From Selaginella moellendorffii (lineage: Eukaryota; Plantae; Lycopodiophyta): a DNA stretch of 38,047 nt. Positions 12,900 through 24,353 of this stretch are shown one piece after another. The notes below the pieces were generated by a model. It ran no database searches and was not told the origin of the DNA. It saw only the letters and a list, made by a program, of their open reading frames with translations. Numbering within the stretch: the first letter of the stretch is position 1; every line of letters starts with the position of its first letter. The position numbers and the translations under genes were made by a program. Location of the stretch: NCBI RefSeq assembly GCF_000143415.4, contig NW_003314372.1, positions 528,567 to 566,613 on the forward strand, given 5' to 3'.

Positions 12900-14049
12900 A
12901 TATATTCTGCTTTTAATATAAATTATATTTTTTAATATATTATTTTCTTTTTTGTAGACTAAAAGATTAGTTCATGTCCAACCAATAATCTACATGAGCT
13001 TATGGAATACCTTAAAGACATAGATTTTATGTTAAAAATTCTTGGTTCAGGACGAACTAAGGTAGTGCCATTAAACTTTTGCTAGTTAGGGGATTGTATA
13101 GACTTCCTCTGACTTTCATTGACTTTCATTGACTTCAGCTCAGCTCAAAAACTACCCAGGCCCACCAAAGTGGTGTAGCTCTTGTAGCCTTGTGGTGCAT
13201 TACTATTGGCTTTTGCTTATCATGAATGTTTCTTGAGTGAACTGCATGCACCTGGTAATGCCTTGGAATCTACAACAACTGTATCCTCTAAAATCTGATG
13301 TGAAACGCAAAAAAGAGCATATGATCTGTTGCAAGACCAAAGTAAACTAGCATTATGGCAGAATAATACTTGTGAACTAAAACCTTGTAAAGCTGTAGTA
13401 AAACTCTTTATTGTCAGTGATATTTAAAAGTGTAGGCTAAAAAATACCATTTCAAATCATAGTAAAAAGGACTATACAATTAGGTTGCCTTATGCATTGG
13501 TCAAGAGGTAATTTCATCTCTGTGTTTTCTAAGGGACAATTGGAGAGTTGTAAAGGCATTATACAAGACGTTACTATCTTCTTGTGGTTTGTCTATTTGT
13601 TTATTTACTTATTTTCATCATCTAGAGCTTGTACATGCTGTCTAGGCTTCTATTTTTAAAAGGAGATTGTAAAATCTCCTATAGCTCAATGGGTGGCAAA
13701 AGAAAGAGGAAAATATGTGATATAATTTTCCATGAAGGCTGTATGATACCTCATGTGAGTAATAACAATGTGAATTTCCGGAAGATCAACAAGTTTGAAT
13801 TTATCTCTATATATGAATAAAAGCATCATGGATGGAAGTGTGACAAACCTAGTTTCATTTGAAGAACCCCCAACAATTCCAAGATTGGTACCCATAGAAA
13901 ACACTTCTAGAAACACTATTGAATTTATTACCTTACCTATTAATGTAGTAAATCCTGGAATGAAATAGAAAGCATGGAAAAGACTAAACATTTAGGATTC
14001 TTACAAAATAACAAAGATGATAAATGTGACACAGATTATATTGATCTCA

Positions 14050-15608
14050 TGGGTAAACATTGTAACTATTGTAAAGCTTTTCATTTTTGCTTCTGAAACA
14101 TAATCACAATGTTGTCATGGTGGATGTATGTCTATAGAAAAACTAATTGAATTCCCTGAATTGATTCATAATTTATTAGATGGAACAGTTTGTTAAGAAA
14201 AATTTAAAGAATTAAGTTTAAAATATAATATTACTGTGGCATTTACATCTATGGGAGAAAATATTGATGAAATAATTGGTAATGAAATATATTATTTCAA
14301 AATTCAAGGATAAGTATATCATTCAATTGACAGTTTTTGTCCTAAGCAAGGTCATGATGCAAAAATATTCTTAAATTTATATTTTAGACACATGAGAAGC
14401 TATAGAAACAAGAATGAAAAGTAAATATAATAGTGAATGTGACATAATATTCATGAATGAAATAGATATTTTATTTAGAGAAGTTAATCCATATGCAAAG
14501 GTATTTAAATTGCTAAAAGATGTGGAAGATGAGCTCCAATTGACATGTTCAAATATAAATAATGGATTACATGATATTATAATGTATATTAAAGGTTGAA
14601 ATACAATAGAACCAATAAGATATAATGTACTAAATTCAAATGAAATTGTTATAGTGTTTACAAATGCCATTGAAGAGCCTCCATTTAACTGCAGTATTGA
14701 AATACATCCAAAGGTGAAAGTATGCAAGTATATTGTGATCCTATGGTATATCTATTGCTTTTTCCAAATGAGAATGATGGTTAGTCACCAGATTTAAAAT
14801 ACACAGACAAGGGTTTGTCTTTAAAAATATCAAAAATAACAATAATAGAATATTACTATTAAAAGTTTATTATTTGTAATTTGATCAAAGATGGTGGTAA
14901 GATTATTGAATTTAATTCAATTTTAATGGGACGAAAATTATCCCAACAATATATAGCTGATAGATGGTTGTCTCAATTGGATAAAAAACTATTAACATAA
15001 ATTGAGAGCTGAAGCATATAAAGGTTTTTCTGATTTTATTAATAATACAGTAGAACAACAAGGGTTACATACTGGAAAACTTGTGATTTTGCCATCAGGA
15101 TTTCTTAGTGGACCAAAATATATGAATCAAAATTATGAAGAGGCTATGAGCTTAGTAAAAAAATATGGAAATCCTGATTTATTTATTACAATGACATATA
15201 ACCAAAAATGGCAAGAGATAATTGAGAACTTATTACTAGGATAAAGTTCTTCAGATAGACCAGATTTGGTAACACGTGTATTCCATTCTAAAAAATAGAT
15301 TTTATAGATGATATATATATAAAAAGGAAATATTTGGAAAAGTTAATGCATATATGTATGTTATTAAGTACAAAAAATGAGGACTACCACATTGTCATCT
15401 ACTTATAATACTTAAAAATAAGAATAAAATCAAGACTATAGTGAGATAGATAACCTTGTTCATGTAGAAGTACCAGATCTAATTAGAGATTTTGAATTGT
15501 ACAAACTTATGAAAAAATATATGATACATGGTCCATATGGCTTTAGATTTCCTGGAATTCTATGTTACAAAAAAAGAGAATGTAAATCTCAATATCCATG
15601 AGATTATT
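14050..15608 (+). mobile_element. Helitron Rep/helicase N-terminal (Rep) remnant, degenerate
   Basis: Motifs across frames: CNYCKA..CCHGG, AFTSMG, YFKIQG.VYH, EVNPYAKVFK, CDPMVY.LLFP, LRAEAYKG, GKLVILPSGFLSGPKYMNQNYEEAMSLVKKYGNPDLFITMT, DRPDLVTRVF, GLPHCHLLI (HUH), MIHGP. Cut at 15609 by an LTR. Confidence 0.9.
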
Positions 15609-18326
15609 TGTAAGCGACTAAATTTTTCATTCTACTTTAGTCACTTAACCACACCTTCAACCACTTGGATGTAGCGCACATGGTTTTTACCTTTTATCCT
15701 ATAGTGATTTACCATAGAATAACACCACGAAGTGGACCTAAACCCTTTATATGCCACGTGTCTATACGCCATGTGTCATATGCCACATGTCCATAGAACA
15801 GTGTTGTGGTACCCGAGGTTCAGGGATTTGGGCCACTAAACAAAGAAACGATGCCAAACCCCCAAGATTGGAGCCAAAGAGTGATGGAACCGGACTACGG
15901 AGCAACTCCTGAGCATACAGCCCAAAGAGCGAAGGGACAAAAGCCTGGAGCAACTTGGAACAGTTTTAGAGCAACTAGTATCCCAATGCTAGGACGAGCA
16001 TGCAAAATGGAGCCAAATAAAGTTTGGCGTTATTTCAGGGTACTGATGGCCTAACGTGAGGATATGGGTACTCCACCAGCTAGCATGGAATGGAACTTGG
16101 GCTTAGACCCAAGCCAGACACCAAACAAAGACAGGCAATCAAGCGAGAGCTAGACTATGCCTTAGGTTGGTTGGCCATGCCCAACCTACCCACTATCCCT
16201 ATTATACATTTAGAACCCCCACAGCGCCCCCCACCCTTTGAGGAACACACGCTTTGGGCTTTCACCCCAAGCCTCCCTTAGTATCAAGAGTTAGTCTTTG
16301 GGACAAGCTTGAAACTTATTAAATATAGAATGGCGCTAGAATACGAATTTGGACATGGGACGAACACCATTGTGTTTAGGCCAATCTTTACATTCTGTAA
16401 ATATGCCAATTGAGCAAATCTAGACACTTTCCATAAATAGCATTTGGGACCGGAATGAGACTAACACAAAGGGCATGATAGCGAAGGTGTTTGGTAGACA
16501 CGGTAAACTATCATTTAGCAAATATTGAGGGACCAAGCTCAATATTGCGGGGGTTCCCAACACTAGCAAGTGTAAGTCAACAACATGAGTTTCTCATCAT
16601 CGTGCCAAATATGCTTGACTAAATGATAACGTAGGATTTCCTTCCTTAGTGCCCTTCCGGTCTAAGTGCACATGTGATGACTAGTTTCTCAACTAGCTTA
16701 GGCAGAGACTGATAATGGGTCCAGCAATACCGACCTCCTACCGTTGTGGTAGTAAGGAAAGAGTGTCCGTAAGGACTGGCCAACAGGTAACTTTTGATAC
16801 CCGAAATTACATTTGCGACATTGGGAGAGTCTCATTCACAACCTCTTTAAATCCTATTCCGAACTTGGGACTTGCTAGCCTCATCAATGCCATTTATGCC
16901 ACTCAACCTTTGCACTTGGTCCAAGTGTTCTATGTATCCAATCCCATGAACAACACCCCAAAGGTACTAATGACATATCAACTTATTACACTAAAGCCAT
17001 GTCCATTTATCCTTGTCTCATTGGTAGTCTTAGACCACCCGTGCTATAGTCCTGTCTCTCAAAAACTAAGCCATCAATTCATGAGTGGTAATCCCAGAAA
17101 CACTTCTTAGCTTCCTTAAAATGCCCGGAGATATAGAGAACAACCTTCCCAAACATCCCTTTTTCGGTCCCCACTAAGTCCCTCTCTATCCCCGGCCGTG
17201 TTTGCCAACACTACCACTGGGTCAAGGCTTGAAGGCCCAACCACTACATCCCATTGACCTCTATGACTTTCTTGCTATATGACCACATCCTTCATCACTA
17301 CACAAGAGGACTTCTCTTCCTTTTCACAATCTGGGATTTTGGGACAACATTTCGAAACACCGTGGCACTATGCGAGCCTTGTGGGTACTCTCCTCAACTT
17401 CTGCCTTTGGGTGCCCTAGCCATATGGCTAAAGTGAGATTCTAATGAGCCACACCATATATCTAAATAGGTAGTGCCACCCACACCTGGATTGGGAGTAT
17501 CAACCATTCAATTTCTTAAAGGAGTTAGAGTTGGCTCTTGAACACTTCACGAAGTTACCCCACTTGTTCATCCATATTCACTCTAGCCTTGGACTCCTCA
17601 AAGGTTATATCATCACCCAGCATATGGGGTATAACTTTCTTGGTCACACTAGCATTTCTTGGCCAAATTGGCTCTACTCTTAGACTTGGACTCAAACTCA
17701 GACTCAGACTCAGACTTAGACTTGGACTCAAACTTAGACTTGGACTCGGTCTTAAACTTGGTGTCAAGCTCAATCTTGGTCTCAGTCTCGGTCTCAATCT
17801 CAGTCTCGAACTTGGTCTTGGTCTCGATCTCAGTCCCAGTCTCAACCTAGGACTCCATCTCAGATCCATCTTTGACTCGACCTCAGACTCCATCTTGGGT
17901 CCATCTCGGACTCCATCTGGGGTCCATCTTAGACTCCATCTCGAGTTTATCTCAAACTCCATCTCAAGTCTATCTTGGGTCCATCTCAGGCTCCATCTTA
18001 AGTCCATCTCATACTCCATTTTAGACTCCATCTTAAATTCTTTCTCGGACTCCATTTTAGATTTTTTTTGGACTCATTTTTGACACTTCCATATGTCATA
18101 ACACCTTACTATATGTCAATCCTTTTTGTGTCCCTTTTTAAATACTCATTCACTATGCTTCATGCTCATTCCTCAAGCATGCTGTTTAGACTTTCACTCC
18201 CACTCTTGACTTTCCAAGTTGGAACTTTTGATTCTAACATATTACATTTTTTGGACTTCTGCTTCAACCACTACCATATGGCACCCTTTTTGCTCCACTT
18301 TGGGGCTTAAGGATTTGTGTCTTACA
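15609..18326 (-). mobile_element. Old Gypsy-type LTR (family B; 3' LTR of a minus-strand element) carrying a nested solo LTR
   Basis: TGTAAG...CTTACA termini. Followed by ACTCCACCACCC (reverse complement is the PPT GGGTGGTGGAGT, same as the young Gypsy). Homologous to LTRs starting at 19626, 35820 and 36172. Confidence 0.8.
15670..16820. mobile_element. Solo LTR (family C) nested in a family-B LTR
   Basis: TGTAGC...GCGACA termini; 5-bp TSD TTGGA (15665-15669) / TTGGG (16821-16825). Flanks rejoin as ccacttgg-agagtctcattcacaacc, as seen uninterrupted near 36223-36250. Confidence 0.8.
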
Positions 18327-19625
18327 ACTCCACCACCCATAGACAAAGTTTGATGTCCTCATCAAACAATAAATCATTTTATAAAGTAACTCTATCATGG
18401 ATTACCATTTTTCATCTTTGGTACTAAGTTAATATTCGTTAATGGTTCAACACCAAAGGTGAACTATGCCTTGCCCATTCTCTAAGGAGCATATTCTCTC
18501 TAACTTAAAGACTCATTTAATCAATTATATTGGTCCTTCCCCTTTTGTTCATTTAGTTCATNNNNNNNNNNNNNNNNNNNNNNNNNNNNNNNNNNNNNNN
18601 NNNNNNNNNNNNNNNNNNNNNNNNNNNNNNNNNNNNNNNNNNNNNNNNNNNNNNNNNNNNNGCGACAGCAAGCAGAAGTAGTCTTAGCCTCTACCAACAT
18701 AACTATCACATTCTAGAACTTTAATATTGATATTTGGAGTCAATTTCTTAAGTGTGTCCAACACCTTGCATTGCACTAGTTATGTAAACACCATTTCCCC
18801 ATTTTATGAAGTTCTTTATTTGAAGGTACCATCATCTTCTCTTTTATTTTGTGCCACCCTTAGCATTAAATTCCACTTATCATAATTTGTGCTAGGATTA
18901 TCCATAGCTATATCATTTTGCTACTTTGCCACTCAATCTTTTGGAGCCTTCACTTTTGCTAAATTAGAGTATTTGGAAATCCATCATTGAAAACATATTT
19001 CTTTTCTCACAATCCATTAACATCCATCATATGAGTGTTCCTCACTTAACTTTTCCATTTGAATTCCTTCCAATGATTTCTATAGTCCAATTTTGGCCAT
19101 TAGTCTTTTGTTTCTATCCTTTGATTATTGCACCAAACAACTTAAAATCACTACCTCCATGCTTGAAGTATCTTTTTGGTTTCATATCAAAGGCTCTACT
19201 TTGTTGAGTCCAGGGGGTGTTCACCCCTAGTAAGTTTCTCTAGCATTATTTATTATAGGCTCTATCCACGGCCCAAGTTCAACCTGGGTCCTTCTTTAGA
19301 GACTATTTTCTTAGACTCATAACACTATTGCAATGCCACAACTCATTTCCCTTATGTGTCCTTTTCACTTAGTCACCTTAACCAAGTCACACCATTATGA
19401 AAAGTTCAAATCAACACTTTGAACTTAGAACTTTATTCCTTAACCTCACAAAGACTTTATCCTTGTTTAGCTATTAGATCATTCAATGATCTTACTTTAA
19501 CAGCTTCACACGTTTTTCAATAAGTGTTAAGTCTTCCAGACTTTTAAGTTCTTGAATATAACCCCGGGGGAAATCCCCACACTTGGTGATGCACCCAAGC
19601 CAGCCCTTCTAACCAAAGGTCCATG
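18327..19625 (-). mobile_element. Degenerate LTR-retrotransposon internal sequence (PPT-proximal), contains a gap
   Basis: Starts with the PPT and sequence resembling 23951-23990 of the young Gypsy; no intact ORF. Confidence 0.45.
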
Positions 19626-19815
19626 TGTAAATAACTAATTTTTTCATTATAATTTAGTCACTTAACCACACCTTCAACCACTTGGAGGAATCTCCCTCAC
19701 AACCTCCATAAGTCCTATTCTGCCTTCCCTAATATCCCTCTTTCAGTCCCTACTAAGTCCCTTTCTGTCCATGGTTGTGTTTGCCAACACTACCACTGGA
19801 TCAAGGCTTGCAAGC
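19626..19815 (-). mobile_element. Family-B LTR fragment, interrupted by MULE copy 2 and resuming at 33027 to ~33390
   Basis: Starts TGTAAATAACTAATTTTTTCATT..TAGTCACTTAACCACACCTT like the other family-B LTRs. Sequence across the MULE insertion is collinear with ~36610-36990. Confidence 0.8.
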
Positions 19816-20003
19816 GAGCCCGAGTAGGTTTTGAGCTCATGAGCTCACGAGCTGAGCTCATGGCTTCTCAAACACAAGAAAAATATTGGTTCGTCCCGAA
19901 CCAACATCTTTCCATTTTTCAAATTTTGATTTAATCTATATTTCCAAGTAAATTCGACCAATAAAATACAAATATAAATATAGATCCGAACACTAAAAGC
20001 AAT

Positions 20004-22156
20004 CTAAAAACACTTCTCAAGCTCCGCAACTGTAAGGCTTGCCTAGTGGATGTGATGGTCAATCTTAGGATCTTGGTTTAGTTCCTGCATAAAAATGTAA
20101 TAGATGTGCTTGCAGGCTAAATATACCTTTCCCCTGTTCTCCAACTGTGTAAAATCTGGACAGGTACAAGATGGATTTTTGCAGATTTTAACAGTGTAGC
20201 TTGTACCCTTTGATGACTCAGTCACAATAATAAACTCCTTAGCCAGCACTGATGTAGTTTGTCTTTGTGATTGTGCACTTTAGCTCTTTTGCCAACTTGA
20301 TCTTCTCTTGTGCACCTTTTGAAATGGAAGACCTGTATTGTACAGCCTTCCCATTCCTAGCTGGTCGTGTATGCTGGTCTAGTGTTGATATTGGTGGCAT
20401 AGTAGTACTCACAGCAACATTTGAGGAAGTCTTTAGCTTTAAACCTGCTCTCTCTAGACTTTCAATCTCTTCTTTCAAAAGATTGCAGCTTCGCTCAACT
20501 GGCCACTCATTTGGCACAGAATCTGGCTTCAAAATAATTGAGCTGTGGATCTGGCTTGTATGAGTAACATCAGTCCCACAACAGTAAATCCAGCTTGACT
20601 GGCGGCCCTTCACTCCTAGATCTCGACAGCCCCAAAAACATGGCACTGCTGAAGAACTTGAACCTGAGCACACAAAAGCGAGACACTGACCTCGACTCCC
20701 AATCATTCCAGAGCAACGTGCATTGCACTTGGCACTGACTCTTCGAATTTCCCAGTTGATACGAGAAACTAGCTCACGAGAAATAACCTTTTCAACCTCT
20801 GGCACCTCCTCCACCCCATGTTCCTTAGTTCTTTTCTGGTGTCGTGGAACAGAATGGTAGTCAAACTCTGGACGGTGAGAGCTAGAAGGAGTGATGTTTG
20901 GCCCATCAAATGTCTGTCGATGCTTTATACAGGCTGTTCTCATGTCCTCGAGTGGTTCATAACTTGATTTCATAGGAGTTCCAGCAACAACTCCCTCTAT
21001 CATCTTAGACATTGACCTTGCTGCTGGTGTTGTCCTTCTACCAACCCACTCTTGAAGTCTGTCTAAGTTCGGACCTGTACCAGCAAACCTTGCTTCCTGT
21101 GCAGCCAAAGCTTTTGATGACTACTCAAGAGATCTAGTGAGGTCGGAGAGTGTAGCTTCATAGAGGGACACTTTTCCTTTCCCTGCTTCGGAAGCTCTCT
21201 AACTCCAATGTTTGCTCTCAGAGACATTAATTGTTGGTGTAAGTGCAATATCATCAAGTGGTTGATCCTACAAAAAATGCAACATTTGAATGTGACAAGA
21301 AAGAAAATGAGAGAAAGCTTATATAGAAAATCCATCTTGCAATTCTTGGTGAGTGATGTTAAATCTTTTATTTACTTACATAGACAAGCAAAAACTTTTT
21401 AAGCATACATAAGTTATATGGAGAGTATAATGACCCCACTGAGACATTCAAACTTCCCACCATGCAAGCCAGCATTCCATTTGTGGAAGGTTTTCAATTG
21501 GCACTTTGTCTCCTTCACGCCACCATCTGCGCATTTCATTTGCCTTTGCCTCGTGCTCCTCTTTAGTTGGTGCATCCATCCATTCCCGACAAAGCTGCTT
21601 GAACTCGTGATGGAAGGTAGACTTGATGCCTCGGCAATGTTCATTGACGCTCTTTGCCTAATGAAACTCACAACTCTTCTCTCTACCTTGTAATGGCTGA
21701 CTTTTATCACCTCCGAATACTTGTCGTACAGCCAACCAGTTAGCACCAGCTGCATCTGCCATGAAACCATGGAAGTTGGGTTTCTTCCCGGTTCGCTGTT
21801 CAACAACCTCTGACATACATGTCCAAAAGACGGTTTGTGCTTCAAAATCTTGAACCTTGAATTCAGCTATAGCTATAGTCAAATTGTACTGCAACCTATA
21901 AAAGGAATGGTTATAATGTAAATCGGTATAGATCCTTAAAAAATGAAAAACCACTTACTTGTGATCATAAACATGAGCTCCCATTGTTGACCAGCCTGAA
22001 GCTCATTCCATATGGTCAAAATGGATCCAGGAATTAGCCAAATCCCCATCTCCATCCATATCCATTCGTTGTACAACGTCCACACCAGAAGCAGGACCAA
22101 GGGTAGACATCTTAAAGATAAAAGGGCGTTGATTGTTCGAAGTCACTTGGCCAACG
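20004..22156 (-). pseudogene. MULE transposase, copy 2, 5' part lost by internal deletion
   Basis: SWIHFDHME, GFMADAAGANWLAVRQVF..SCEFH, TINVSESKH, SWIM PSCTCPDF..LACKHIYYIF. Joins directly to the palindrome array at 22157. Confidence 0.85.
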
Positions 22157-22802
22157 TGCGCGAACTGACGTCTCCCCACCTTCATTTTTTCTAGAAGCGA
22201 GCTTTCTTGATTTTTTTCATGTTTCTAGTGGTGAGATTTCTATATTTTAGAAAACAGAGAGAGATTGAAATGTCAGTTCTTGTGCGAACTGACATCTTCA
22301 AGGTTTTTTTTTTTATTTCATTGACTTGATGGGGCATTTCATGTGAAAAGTAGAGGGTGGAAGATGTCGGTTCTTGCGCGAACCAACCTCTCCCGTATTC
22401 TTGTTGTGTATTTCCTTTTTCTCGAGAGGTAGGGTAAGGTCAGTTCTCACGCGAACCAACCTCTCCTAGTGACTTATGTTTTTTTCCTTTGCATTTCTTG
22501 TAGTTTACAATCTATTTTTCACATCTTTTACTTATAAACTTTTCTTGTGAGAGTAGATATAAATCAAGATTGACTGCCTAAAACTTTCAACAATGGATTT
22601 GAACTTAAAATGCCACAGGTTTTCTTTACATTACAAGTTAGATGTTATAATAGTTTTGCTTTTTATTTTAGAGGAAGCACCGAGGCCAGCCTCAATGGTC
22701 TTGATCTCCAGGAAAAGGCAGCCGCCTTGATCTCTGTGGGTTTGGCCAATTGAGTGGAGATTCATCTCAAGTATCCAATGAAGTTTCAGCTAGTCATGCT
22801 GG

Positions 22803-23950
22803 TGTAAGCCACAAATTTTTCCTTTCCACTTTGCCAGCTTACCTCGCCTATCCGTCCAACACTGCCTTGGCTTTTGCTAAGTTCCCTCGCCAAGGTTCTC
22901 GCCTATGGTACCAGCTCCTACTTGGTTTCAGCTACTCACTGCACGAGCAACGGAGTGTTAGCCATCCTTCCATGGATTCCCAAATCACTCCCAATCCCCC
23001 TCCCCGGGTTAGACTGGACTTAAGGTTCGGCTACACTCCCCGCAAGCACAAGCAGCCAAGCACACCAAGCTTCCAGGTTCCTAACATCCCTTGGTACCAC
23101 AAGACTTGATCATGGGACCCTCTAAATCCCAAGTCTTGAGTGCAACACTTGCTTCGGGATGCCGGGGCGAAACACCGTGGCCTAGCGGCCCGGTATGGGT
23201 ACCTCTCGCCCCCCACTTCCATCCCGAAGGAAGGCCCAAGCCCCTAGGAAGGGCGAGGACCAATGTGCCGCATGGTACTCAAGTGGGGCACCACTCCACA
23301 TGAGCCGGGAGCACCGCAATCGGTTTCCCTTTCGGGAGTGGGAGCTGCTCTTGAGCACTTCCTTGGATGGCCCCTCCGACACCAGCCAAGTCCATGCTCA
23401 CTCCCACCCAAGGCCCCTCGGTCCCAGTCCCAACCTCAAGTCGGTTTGGAAGCCCAACTGGAGAGTCCCTTCAAAACTGGTTCCTGGACCTCACTATCCC
23501 TCCTATACTTTTGGAACCCCCTGCAGCCCCCCCCCCCTGGGAGACGCACGCTTTGGGCTTTCACCCCTTGACCCGTATTAGTATTTGGACTTAGTCTCTG
23601 GCTCGATCTCGGACCCGATTTCGGATCCGACTTCGGATTCGGGTTCGGACTCGATCACGGACTCGATCTCGGACCCGATCTCGGACCCGACCTCGGACTC
23701 GACCTCGGACTCGGTCTTGGACCCAATTTCGGATCTCGGACTCCGTCTCGAACTCGGTCTCGAACTCGGACTCGAACTCGGTCCCCGAGTCGGTCTCGGA
23801 CTCGATTCCGGACTCTATCTCGAACTCGGTCCTAGAGTCGGTCTTGGACTCGATCCTCGACTTGGTCCCATCCGATGAACTCTTTGTCACTTCGGTCAAG
23901 CTTTTGGGGATCCTTTAGCCTACGACATCTCGGGGAGTCGGTTCCTTACA
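22803..23950 (-). repeat. 3' LTR (1148 bp)
   Basis: TGTAAG...CTTACA inverted termini; the first 657 bp are repeated at 29186-29842. Confidence 0.95.
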
Positions 23951-23962
23951 ACTCCACCACCC
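23951..23962 (-). promoter_or_regulatory. Polypurine tract
   Basis: Minus strand GGGTGGTGGAGT directly precedes the 3' LTR. Confidence 0.8.
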
Positions 23963-24353
23963 ATAGAAGAAGTTCGATGCCCACATCGAACGTCTCGTTT
24001 TATCCTACGACTTGTTGTCCATGTCTCCGGGGGCATCCCCCCACTTAGCGGTGTGCCTAAGTTAGCCTCCCTGGCCAAGAGCCCATGACAACGGAATATA
24101 GGTGTCCCTATATTCCTCACCTCACCACGCCCTAGTATAGGGTCGGGACTTGAACCCAGCCTTGCTTTACTAGGGGGTTGGGACTCGAACCCAACCTCCA
24201 TAGAATACGTCTACGGATTCGACATCCCCGCAGGGAGTCGGGCGTAGTGCCCTACGCCTGGTCGACCTATCCAACCCATGCTAATTAGCTTACCTTTGGC
24301 GCGCCTTCGGGTCCCAACATATGCCATTTGCTCAACTTTGCAAATTGATATTT

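Larger units (their letters stand above)
4241..13163. mobile_element. Mutator-like (MULE) DNA transposon, copy 1 (~8.9 kb, both ends present)
   Basis: Left end GAGCCCGGGTAGGTTTGAGCT; reverse complement of right end GGGCCTGGGTAGTTTTTGAGCT. 9-bp TSD GCCAAAGTG (4232-4240) / ACCAAAGTG (13164-13172), 8/9 match. Encodes a MULE-type transposase. Homology with copy 2 stops at the same boundaries. Confidence 0.92.

Noticed and set aside
17538-18083. Leu/Ser/Arg-rich ORFs here and at 23585-23899 and 36895-37704
   Set aside because: Open frames arise from hexamer tandem repeats inside LTRs; no sign of real coding.
24142-24198. tRNA gene
   Set aside because: Only T-arm-like hairpins; no D-arm, anticodon arm or acceptor stem recognisable.
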